Assembly: GCA_041753875.1 (NCBI GenBank)
Contig: CM085492.1
Span: forward strand, 12,191,563-12,255,562
Source of the DNA: Acanthopagrus schlegelii
Taxonomy: Eukaryota
Direction: 5' to 3'
Length of the DNA: 64,000 nucleotides
In this document: piece after piece, positions 26,381-36,600 of the stretch
How the letters are laid out: every line of letters begins with the position of its first letter
Position numbering within the stretch: position 1 is the first letter of the stretch
The notes under the pieces: generated by a model
What the model was told of the DNA's origin: nothing
Seen by the model: the letters and a program-made list of their open reading frames with translations, nothing else
Database searches by the model: none
Program-made: the position numbers and the translations under genes

Positions 26381-26481
26381 CTGTGTATCTGATAGAAAGG
26401 ATGTGGCCTTATCGATCGGTCGTCAGCTGTTCCGACGAAGACCTGAAGGGAGAGCGGCTTCCTCTCTGTGTATCCACACAG
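26381..26481 (-). CDS. nfatc4: NFATC4 exon 6 ([34 protein letters not shown])
   Basis: Matches [33 protein letters not shown]; acceptor ctgtgcag|, donor gtactc. Confidence 0.95.
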
Positions 26482-26695
26482 CTGCACAGAGAGACACCGT
26501 GTGAAGGATGAAGTCAAACTGTGAGGAGGCCAACGGCAGTGAGCCGCAACACGAATGCTGAGACTTTGTTCCAGTCTTATGAAAGCAACATTTCTACTTC
26601 AGCTTCAGTGGTGTTAAAATAATCTCATTATAAAAGCATCTAGAGTGTGAATAAAGGTTTCAGCAGCTGCATAAATCTGCAGGTTTGGGTCTCAC

Positions 26696-26858
26696 CTTGA
26701 CGATGGGATGTCCTGTTGGTGCAGCTTTGACGGCTCCTCTGCTGCCCTCTGTCTCATAGTGGGCTCTGTGGTGTGGACGGGGCTGCACCTCGATACGCAG
26801 TTCGTACGGGTCGAACTGGGATGGCAGCGGCCAGTCGAGTGGCGGCAGGGCGTTGGAC
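26696..26858 (-). CDS. nfatc4: NFATC4 exon 5, start of the Rel-homology domain ([54 protein letters not shown])
   Basis: Closest to NFATC4 ([11 protein letters not shown]…[30 protein letters not shown]) among the four NFATC paralogues; donor gtgaga. Confidence 0.95.
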
Positions 26859-28001
26859 CTAAATGTGTGTTGTATCAGGGAAACACAGAAAGTTGTAGTT
26901 AGAGTGGACATGGAGGGAGCACACTAGATGCTGATGAATATATATCTTTGTAGGTCAAATGATGAGATTCGCATATCAATTACACATGAGAGATGCAAAC
27001 CAGACTTGTAGCACACAGCTAATGACAAGAAGGGTGATTAAGTCACCTGATGAATATGTATCAATACAATTAAATCCCATATCATAAACATTCAGGTTCA
27101 TATTTTTATTTTGGGTGTCCAATAGTGAATGTTTACATGCTTTAATGTTCAAAAAACACACGCTTTTGCTCATACTGTCAGTTGCTGCAGCACCTCTATT
27201 CACCCTCTGTCTGATGCTCCTCTCATGAAAAGCCCAGTCTGCTCTGATTGGTCAGCTCTCACAGGCCTGAGCAGGCACACCAGGTTTCTGCATCAGCTCT
27301 CACTTAGTTCATTCACTTGTTACAGTTAGCTTCGTACAAATTGCTAACAGTATTTACCTCTTGTTTTTTTTGCTTGAAGTGTTTTCGATTGTTTCGATAA
27401 TCACCCCACTAGCTAAGTTAGCCAGTCAGGTATCCTAGCTGGCTACCATAAATGTGGTAGGCTAACTCAAGTGTTAGCATCGCCTTGGTTCGCCTGACAA
27501 ATAAACATAAGGATGTTGATGTTTGATGTACTCAACAATCTCTGTAGTCTCATTGTGCCACTTGTTAGCAACCAAACACATAAGCACCTTGTAATTAAAT
27601 TGTGGGACATTGAAGGATGTATTTATGTCATTGAACAAATCTGAAAACATCGTGTAAACCCCAGACCTCATTTCGGACATTTTAGGGAGACCCACTGACT
27701 TTGAGATGAGGGAACAGGAGGTGCAAAAATGCTAATTTATGGCTATGTTTTAGGATTAATTTCAGTGGCCCCCTTTATGGTTGATATTGCTCACCTATAT
27801 TTTCAGCAGTGTACGTCAGTCACTTTAATTTTGTGTGTAAATAAGAGCCCTCGCCATGTAATGTTAGCTAAGAAGAGTTACTAGCTAATGTTGCTAACGG
27901 TAATCCAAGACACTGGGATTAAATTAATGTAAAGTCTCCTGTTGGCCTTTAGATTGGGCAAAACTTATGTTATTTTATATATGTCTGCGGTGTATCCTTG
28001 C

Positions 28002-28177
28002 CTGAACAGAGGACTGTGGGCGCTGGCTCTGGTCCGACCCCAGGCGAGAGCAGGGGGCACAGAGAGGTAGTCCATGCCCTGTGAGGGGGGCTCTCTCCTG
28101 GGCTGCTGGGTCTCCGGCAGCAGGCAGGGGGTGCTGTGGCCTGGAGCCTGCTCCTGGTCCACCTCCCTGGTAGACAG
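28002..28177 (-). CDS. nfatc4: NFATC4 exon 4 (…GMDYLSVPPALAWGRTRASAHSPLFR), ends with a GC donor
   Basis: Matches human GMDYLAVPSPLAWSKARIGGHSPIFR; the only in-phase donor is TTCAG|gcaagg (a GC-AG intron). Confidence 0.85.
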
Positions 28178-28219
28178 CTGGAGAACAAAAACACAGCTCA
28201 GTACTTTAGTGGGAAGCAA

Positions 28220-28244
28220 TTTTTTTTTTTTTTTTTTTTTTTTT
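28220..28244. repeat. T25 homopolymer (A25 on the NFATC4 strand) inside the 95-nt intron between exons 3 and 4
   Basis: Direct reading of the sequence. Confidence 0.95.
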
Positions 28245-28272
28245 ACCCACTCGATATTTTATTCATCTTCAC

Positions 28273-28785
28273 CTGTTCCAACGACGTCTTCCTGGTTTTC
28301 TGGGGGATGCTGAGCTCACAACTGCTGGGCAGAGCTTGTGACAGAGTGATGGAGTCCCCGCCGTCCAGGTTGCATCCCTGCAGATCCTCTGAGTAACTGC
28401 CCCTCCGGGAGTTACAGGGCGAGGCCAAGGGGGAGTTTCTACGCTTTTTGCCCCCGGGAGAAGTCGGCCTCGAGGACGGCGAGAGCCCAAAGTTGATGGT
28501 GGCGTCATTCAGCTCCTCCTCCTCCACCAGCAGGGAGTCACAGCTGGAGGCGGGGCTCAGCCAGCCACGGGAGGAGGGGCTGGAGGCGGGGCTCGGGCTG
28601 AGGGAGCTGGGGCATCTGTCGCGGTAAGAAAAGGGATCCAGCAGGGGGAGGTAGAGGCGCTCTCGGTCCCACCCGCCACCGCTGCCCATGTCCCAATAAC
28701 TGGAAATGGTGGGTGCTGGGTCATCCTCAGGGGAGATGGTGGTTATCTGGATGCTGGGACACTCAACCACACGAGATTCTGAAAC
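28273..28785 (-). CDS. nfatc4: NFATC4 exon 3, regulatory domain (VECPSIQITTISP… SP-repeat motifs … KRRNSPLASP … IPQKTRKTSLEQ)
   Basis: Matches human VLECPSIRITSISP…IPQKTRRTSSEQ; two candidate acceptors (cttcag| or gtttcag|) lie 7 nt apart; donor GAACAG|gtgaag. Confidence 0.85.
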
Positions 28786-29668
28786 CTGAAGGGAAGAGGA
28801 AAGTACGACAGAGATACCTTAATTTTTCTCATACTGACTCAGCGTGAATAGACAGAAAGTGATGAATATTTTCATTTGGGAGTTCCTTCTGCCAAATAAG
28901 CTGCGTGAAGACATCACCTTGGCCTCTAGGGAGCTGAAATGAACATTTTTCAATGTTGTCTAACATAGAAAAATACATTAAAAACAAAATACATTTTAAA
29001 TTAAAAAAAAACAAAAAAACACGACTGCCACAAGACACTTTCTTAGTTACAAAATCACTTCATTTTTAGCAGTCAAGACAAAACTTTTAGGGACACTGGA
29101 TCTTTATATTGACACTTGAAGCAGTCATTTATCTCACATGAAACATTCCTGATGAACAAAATCTAGCACAGTGAGCATTTAGTCACCTTAATGTCTTGTA
29201 GCTAAACGTCGCATGGAATCGACTCTAGTATCTCACAAGATGGATTGTTTAAATTACTTTTTCAGGTAATGCAGTTGTGAACAGGAACAATTTTAACACA
29301 CAGTCATGTAATCGCCCTCAGTGTTTGCTTATAACTTGCCCTCCGGATTTTTTAAATTAAACATCAAGTAAAGTTGTGACATCAATATATTTTTGGCAGC
29401 TGGCTCTCAGATCTCTTATATTTCACTTTAGGCTCAATGCGACAACAAAAAAGGGATTTTCCTGCTTGTAACTGGAAAAAAAAAAAGGTCTAAGGTTCAC
29501 TGCGATGGATTACATTAGGTTTCAAGACTCTCAAGACCATTCCAAGCAGGTGGGAAAAGGGCAAAACTGAAAACTTGCTAGTGCTAGTCACATAAACTCT
29601 TCCAAAAGATGGTTTCTGTAATTTTCTTTACATACTTCACCATAGGAGATGTAAACAGGTTGTCTCAC

Positions 29669-29758
29669 CTGTACGGAGCGAGCTGGCAGGCTTTCATAGG
29701 TGCCACTGAACTCTCTGGAAGGGGCCCGCCGTGGAGGCGGGGAATGCATCCCAGCCCG
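29669..29758 (-). CDS. nfatc4: NFATC4 exon 2 (RAGMHSPPPRRAPSREFSGTYESLPARSVQ), contains an in-frame ATG
   Basis: Matches human ...RPGMHSPPPRPAPSPGTWESQPARSVRL; acceptor ccaatcag|, donor CAG|gtgaga; CCAAT boxes lie immediately upstream. Confidence 0.7.
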
Positions 29759-29835
29759 CTGATTGGCCGAGGGTGGCGGACTTGGGATGCTGATTGAGTG
29801 TCCTGCATGATTGGCTGCCGTGTGATTATCTGTAA
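29759..29835 (-). promoter_or_regulatory. nfatc4: Two CCAAT boxes (ATTGG on the plus strand at 29762-29766 and 29810-29814) directly upstream of NFATC4 exon 2; candidate internal promoter
   Basis: The gene-strand sequence reads ccaatcatgcagg…ggccaatcag|CGGGCTGGGATGCATTCC; the ATG (MHSPPP) lies 12 nt inside the exon. Confidence 0.4.
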
Positions 29836-30519
29836 CTGATAGAATTAAATCATCAGAGTGATACTGGTATCATTACACATGAGAGCACCACAGTATGCTG
29901 TGGTCATGTACAAAGAAATGCTGATAATCAAATGCTGCTGATAAAGAGTTTACAATGTGTTCATATTCCTAATATACACCTTGACTTCCATATGGCAATA
30001 ATTTGTTTTTCTGGCTTCTTTCTCGTGAAAAAATGAAACTTTTTGTTCTCAAGTTCAAACACGCTTGCTTTTTATATCGCATCTTGTGGGTTTTCGGGGT
30101 CTTGTGACCTCCCATTAATCTTTTCTCATAACCGCAAACTGACAGTTAGCTCTGAAAACCTGCGGTGCTTTTACATCTGGCTCGAGAAAGACTCATTAGA
30201 TGTCAATCATACTACTGTAAACACAATTTGTGGTAAGTACAGATTCATTTTTTATCATCAACATGCCTACATCATCCATTGCACATCAGTTTTCTTTATT
30301 TACAGCTCTGTAATTGTTGCCATATGGAAAATGCATGCAACTGGAGCGTTTCCTCAGGAAGTGCGCAGTCAGTATCTTCTAGGCATCTGCAGCAATTCAT
30401 ATATTTTAATGTAAAGAAGTAGTTTAACATTTTGGGAATTCATTTTTTCTTTTATTCACTTTCTTGCTGAGGGATAAAAATATTATGATCACTCGAGCGT
30501 CTGTGTGGTAAGCAAAAGC

Positions 30520-30790
30520 CAGGATGTGGTTAGCTTTTCATAGCATAGCTTAGCATAAACAATGGGAACCAGGGAAAACAGCTAGCCTGGTTCTGTCAAT
30601 ATGTAATAAAATCCTAGTAATAGAACCTAAACTATTATTTCTTGTTCACTCACCCTTTAAAAAAAAAAATGGTGAAAAAGTAATATGTTGTGGTTTTAGA
30701 CTGGGTTCTATGCACGCTAGCTGTTTCCCCCTGATTCAAGTCTTTATGCTAAGCTAAGCTACTTGGCTTGTGACATAAGAGCTGTATTTA
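30520..30790. repeat. MITE-like element: about 60-bp imperfect terminal inverted repeats (…CATAGCATAGCTTAGCATAAACAATGGGAACCAGGGAAAACAGCTAGC… / …GCTAGCTGTTTCCCCCTGATTCAAGTCTTTATGCTAAGCTAAGCTA…) flanking about 150 bp
   Basis: Reverse-complement match of the two arms by eye; in NFATC4 intron 1. Confidence 0.6.
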
Positions 30791-33700
30791 TCTGAACAAC
30801 TACCTCTCTACAAAAAAGTGAATATTTCCCAAAGCGTCAAACTATTCCTATGTTTCACTATGTTTTGTTATTATCTATCATAAAGAATAGCAGTCTTCAT
30901 GTTGTGATTTATTTCACCTCAAACCGATGAATACATATTCAGCATGCAAGGCAGAACAGCACAGAACGTGTGGGTGATTTATTTTATAATGGTACATTTC
31001 TTTAAAAGTGGCTGTGTACTTGTAAATTATGGCATAGTAGGGTTTGGTTTTATATTCCATAATCTCACAGTCATATGGCAACAATTTACTAAACAGCCAT
31101 TTTAAAATCCACTTTGAGCGAGAAGAAGTATTTCAATGTATTTCTTCTGTATATCATATAGTCACATATAGTGCAGTAAAGGGTGAAGTGGGAGTTGCAA
31201 CCGAATCATGAAGTTTACTTTTAAATCACTGATCCAAATCTTTCACCTCTTGGAAATATAACTCTGCTGCTCATATTGATACCGATTTTTTTTCATCAAA
31301 TTTTAGGAAACAAAACTTTTTGAACCTTGCCAAACAATTATCCGAATGAGGACACGACCCCTCAAGGCCACAGTCCTCGCCACAAAATTTCCCCAGCGTG
31401 GTGTGGTCGGCCTCCACGTGGAGCCAAACAGTAGTTACTCTGTAATGAGCGAGGCTCCAACTTATCGCTGCTTCTGCTGCAGCGGTGGCCCATACACGCA
31501 ATTTTTGGGCAAAGCGGACACACAACAGCAACTGCCAACAAATTAAGACTTGGGGTAAAAAAAAAAAAAAATCTCTTCAAATGTTTCCTGGCAACAAAAA
31601 ATATTTCCAAGTGATTAGAGCTGCAGAGCTGAGGCAACTCTTCTGCTGGTGGATTTTTCACATGAAACAATGATTTAGATGTTGGTGAACAGACCAGCGG
31701 AGAGTTTATGAGCCAGCAAACGTACCTAACACTTATTGAACGCAATAAAACTAATTTCATCTAACATACTGCGATATTTTATTCTGTGTCCTGAGGTGAA
31801 CCTCTCACAAAAAGCGTTGCTTACGTCAGGTTCACCAGATGATTAACAGGAAAGCAAAGCAAGAACTACATATTTTTGTTAAACTGAACACAAATGTTTA
31901 CTGTAGATTCTACATCTCTGCCCAGCTGCTGCTTTTTTTTTTTTTTTGCTATTTACAACTTCTAACTTGTTAGGAAACAACCATTTGTTTGTGTTCAGCT
32001 CAGCAGAAGAGTGTATTACTATCAAAACGTACCTGACAGTTACTGTCAACAAAGAGTTTTTCTTTTGGGAAGCCTGCACTAAAATTTGACTGATAGAAAA
32101 TAATATTTATACACTGACCAGTTCTGGACAAGCTAAATTTCTTGCCAAGTTTATGTGTGAAGATCCTCGTGGCTATTAGCTTGTTTTAAACTAGTGATTA
32201 ACTGCCACTTTGTTTTTGTTTTTTTCATTCAGTGTCTTATGTTTGTTCCTTTGCATTATAAAAGTTCTGGAAAGTTGGGTCAAAGTCCGCACCAACAGAA
32301 GCTCATCTCTCCCGCAGAAACTGCTCCTAAAAAGCCTCGTTAGCAGTCCCGCCTTTAATTCTGTGACTTTGTGACATCACCCTATGTCACTGCGTCAAAG
32401 ACTTAAGTATTAATGCCAAGCGACTAGTTTGGCACATGAAAACGTATTTAGCGCAGCTGCTCTGTTGCTGTTTGCAGTGCTGGCTCAGGTGTGTGAAAGC
32501 GGATCAATCAGAGCAGAGCGGTTGTTCAGGAGAGAGGCCTTAAAGAGACAGGAGCTAAATAGAGCGTTTCAGACAGAGGGGGAAAAAACACAGCTTCGGC
32601 ACTGGACGCATTTTTTATTTTTGTTTTGGCACTAAAACATTTAAACCTATTCTAGTCATCACCAAACATAAAATGATGAACCTGAAAATGAGCAAAATAT
32701 GTCTCCTTAAAGGAATGTCCTACAGGAAAGACTTCACCTTTGTTCAATCAAAAGCAATCAGCTTTGCAAACAGGAAACTACTGTAGCATCCTTAGCAGTA
32801 ACAAACCTTCAAAAAGAACATCCCAAGGAGGCCACAGTTTTTAAAACTAATTGCCAATCATCTGTAAATGTAGGTACGACTTATTTATGTAGAAATCTGT
32901 TAAGACTGAGTAGGAAACATTAATTAAGGTAATCTTACTGCAGTTTTTTCTCTTTCAGTCCATAATGTTAACAAAACATCAGCATTTTGAAAAGGCTGTA
33001 ACATGAAACCGGCAAATCGTGAGATGATGGACAGGACAGGAACGCAAAAAGATAAAACCATGTCTATTTTGAAAGATTTTCCTCAAACTGCTATATTTCT
33101 CTCTTAAAGAAAATAATGTGATATACATGACTGGACGCATTCCTTTTGCCTAACTTTTCTCTAATAGTTGCTTTTTCATGCGAATTACGGAATAACTTCA
33201 CTAAAGCCAAGACGGACTTCATATATAAGCTGATCGTGAATCGGAAATGCCTCCAATTCTGCCTAAAATGCAAGATCGGGTATCAGTAAGTTCATGAGTC
33301 TATGCATTGATCTGATACCACACGATCTATTAGAAACAGGAACCCACTACTTCCCTGCAGCGTACTGTACACCTGTCTGCAACCTAGGGGATAGTTTGGG
33401 TCGTCTGATGGGAAACTGTATGTCAGTGTATTTCCTGCAGTAGATGGCCGTCAGCTCTCCCCTTGCGTGGAGAAGCAGTGCACAGCGCTAGCAGGTAGCA
33501 GGGCACTGTACTGCTGAGACCGTACCAGCAGCAAGATGTATTTTAGCCACCTAAAATAAGTCCTACCTTAAATATACACATCAGCTTAAGTGTACACTCA
33601 TCTTTTAGCTCTAACTTTTTTGGCACATTACGTTGCCGTTCCCTCGATCGTAGTACATCAGTGTTCCTACGCACAGGTGGAATGTGGTGCCAAAGAAAAA

Positions 33701-33961
33701 GGCTGATTAACGGAAACGTAAAGTGCCACAAATCTTAAAACACAGCGAACACCTAAGCAGATAATAATACACTGACCAGGGATAAGTATCTCACACAACT
33801 CCACATCTAAAAAACTGAACTATCACTTTAACATAACATCCATCAACGTAGTAAACTACTGAAAAACTAAAAGATTTTATGAATATTTCTCTATGTATTC
33901 GTTCAGGTATCGTAACAGTATAGGGAAGGAGAAACTGGTACGGGAACATCTCTAACACAGA

Positions 33962-34082
33962 CTTTAAAGGTGCCATTTGAAAGAAAAGTTGATTTTTGAG
34001 TCTCCATTCCCCACTCGGCAAATATTCAACGAGTTGGGAAAGAGACTCAAAAATCAACTTCTCTTACAAATAGCACCTTTAA
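33962..34082. repeat. Imperfect palindrome of about 120 bp (CTTTAAAGGTGCCATTTGAAAGAAAAGTTGATTTTTGAGTCTC … GAGACTCAAAAATCAACTTCTCTTACAAATAGCACCTTTAAA); hairpin / MITE-like
   Basis: The arms are reverse complements with about 4 mismatches. Confidence 0.7.
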
Positions 34083-34551
34083 ATTTGGGTAAAACAGAGC
34101 ACTGATATTTGATCTGATGCTCTGTCTGTACAGACGCCCTGAGTGGAGGCACCAGAAGAGAAAAAGCGGGATCTGTACTGCTCTCCTCTCCGGAATCTAG
34201 AGGTTGCTCAAATTGCCTAAATTAAAGTACGTCATTGTTTGGTTGAAGCGGTGACAAATCAAAACCAGTGACACAACTGCCCAAAAGAAACAATAAAAAT
34301 TCAAAATGTGCATCCCTGCTTTTCAGGGGGAACCCGCTGGCTTGGTCTGAAAAGCTTTGTCACACTGTTTGCGTGTTGTATCAGGAGATGTGGAGGGCTA
34401 AGGAAGACTCCGAAAAAGTAAAACTGCATCACCTAGAGTGAAGAATCGCTCTGCTGTTTCTCCTGCAGTTACTTTCATGCCTTGGGTGTGGTAATACAAC
34501 TGTATGCCAGTGTGGGCGGGAAACAAATGAGTGAGTGGATGTGAGGATATG

Positions 34552-34552
<1 letters not shown>

Positions 34553-34602
<50 letters not shown>

Positions 34603-34648
34603 TATGTTTAGAACTAAAGGAGATGAAGGTTGAGTGAGAGAGGGAGGG

Positions 34649-34680
<32 letters not shown>
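34553..34680. repeat. Two (GT)n microsatellites (34553-34600 and 34650-34680); a (CA)n / CA-rich low-complexity tract follows to about 34966
   Basis: Direct reading; located in NFATC4 intron 1 just downstream of exon 1. Confidence 0.9.
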
Positions 34681-34681
<1 letters not shown>

Positions 34682-35210
34682 TGTTCAGTACACAAAGGTT
34701 GAGGTTCCTTCCCAGATGGCAGCTGTTAACTCTACTCACACGCACAGCTGATTGGAAACACATTGGGTCTGGGGCTGCACGCACACATGCACAAACACAC
34801 AGACGCATACACACGTAAAACTGGAACACACAGAAATATGCACACGTGCACACAAAACAAACACACAATAACAACATACTCGGGCTCGCATGCTCACAGA
34901 TGGAGGCACGCACGCACATCACATGCAAGATCAAACACACACACACACACACACAAACACACACAGACGAACACACAGGCATTCACATAAGCACAGCATG
35001 CCGATGAAAGCTCGCGTTATGGCACATGCAACTGATCCTGCGCGCACGCACCAAGGCGCACTCGCATTTAAGTTCCCATGCATTAGGCAGCCTCACTGTC
35101 AGGCCGCTCAGACCTCCTCCGTCTGCTGCGTCCCTTCACTCAAACCATCCAAGTAAATGAATCTAACCCAGACTGCTGCTGTTGGAGGGGTCGAGATTCA
35201 GCAGGGCGAC

Positions 35211-35357
35211 CTCACTTTCGTCCCCGGGAACGGAGCTCTCCGGCTCGGCTGTGCGCACCGGGGATGGTCCCTGGCTCTGCCGCGGCGGGTCCTCCTCAAA
35301 CACCAACTTGAACTCGAACTCGCCCTCCTCCCAGCCGGAGCCCGGCGCGGCCCCCAT
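35211..35357 (-). CDS. nfatc4: NFATC4 exon 1 (MGAAPGSGWEEGEFEFKLVFEEDPP…), ATG 35355-35357; 3' boundary uncertain
   Basis: Matches the human NFATC4 N-terminus MGAASCEDEELEFKLVFGEE; candidate donors are GAG|gtcgcc (phase 0), A|gtgagg (phase 1) and CTGG|gttaga (phase 1), and the choice depends on whether exon 2 is internal. Confidence 0.6.
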
Positions 35358-36300
35358 CGCCCTCCCGACAGCAAGGACAGGATACAGATAGAGCGATACA
35401 ATCTTATCTCCCTGCGTCGGATTCAGCGAGCTCAACGTGCCCGAAAGTTTCCCAAAACTCGACTTCCCCCCCCCTTATGTGCGCGTCATTGCGCAAATAT
35501 CCCTCCTCCTGGGAAGGTTTAGATGGAACTTCGGCAACTTTTCCACGCTGTTTCCACACGATGGGGGCAGCTTCTCGCTCGGATATTTGCAACTTCTTCA
35601 GCCTTCATGCCTTGCCGTCCAAATCAAATCTTCTCTCAGGATGCCTCAGAGTCGTTCCCGACACATATCTCCCAGATAAAGTCACGTCTTTCATTCTCGC
35701 TCTATCGCCATCCCCGCAGCTCCTTCATCTTCCCCGGTGGAGACAGAGAGAGGGGAGGAAAAAAAAAGTTTATCAAATATTTTTGTCGTCCTTTACCCTT
35801 AATTGCCTTTGGGTGGGTTCCTCAGCTCCAGTTGGTCCGTTGCTCATTCCCCATAGGACCGCATGCCTGTCAGTCATGAATCCCCCCTGCCCAACCTCCC
35901 TCCTCCTCCCCTCTCCTCACTCACTCTGGAGGTTTCTCTTTGAGTCACTTCACATTTACTTTAACACACATTTTAATCCCTGCACATGTGGATTTTCATC
36001 ATAGCTTACATCTTATTTTGCATCGTCCCCGCACATCCAAGTTTTTTATCTCCACTCCACATCTTCACCATCCCAAACTTTTTTTTTCCTCTCTACACAT
36101 TTAAGTCAACAATATGATTATTATTCCAATCATGAGCAGGACTCATGGCAAGCCGCTCGCTGTCTCCAAAACCTGCCAATGTAGGCCGGCTGCACGGCCA
36201 CCGGGGCTGTGATGTTGGTGATGTCAGTTAGTGAACATAAGAGGGCTTATTTCCTGTGGCGATGAACATGACAGCCCCCCCCCTCTTTTTTTGGCTGTCA
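35358..36300 (-). promoter_or_regulatory. nfatc4: NFATC4 5' UTR / CpG-rich promoter region, followed upstream by long polypurine (GA-rich on the gene strand) tracts at 36296-36600
   Basis: Immediately upstream of the NFATC4 ATG; CpG-dense; pure pyrimidine/purine strand asymmetry capable of forming H-DNA; a TGACATCA-like site at about 36218. Confidence 0.45.
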
Positions 36301-36600
36301 CTCTCCCCTCTCCTCCCCCTTTCCTCTTCTTTTTTTCTCTTTTACCCCACTCCTCCTTCCTCCTCGTCCCTCCTCCTCGTCAGCCCCCCCTCCTCCCTCC
36401 CCTTCCTCTCCACCAAAGATCTGTTTCTCATTATCCTCTGTAGTCTGCTCTCTGTCTGAGTCAGGAGACGAAAAACTTAAATAAACACACTCTCTCTGGC
36501 TCTCTCCGCCTCGGTCCAGCTCCTTATCCCCCCCTTCTCCCTCTCTCTTTCTGTCTCTCCCCTCTGTCCTGCTTCCTCGCCCTCCTCGGATTCTCACAAT
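36296..36600. repeat. Long polypyrimidine (CT-rich) low-complexity tracts upstream of NFATC4
   Basis: Direct reading; more than 90% C+T on the plus strand over two blocks. Confidence 0.85.

Noticed and set aside
35163-36004. Several 60-175-aa ORFs on both strands across the NFATC4 5' region (for example 35477..36004 plus, 35404..35592 minus)
   Set aside because: Low-complexity, Pro/Ser/Leu-rich, lying in a CpG/CT-rich promoter and 5' UTR; only the minus-strand frame starting MGAAPGSGWEEGEFEFKLVF matches NFATC4.
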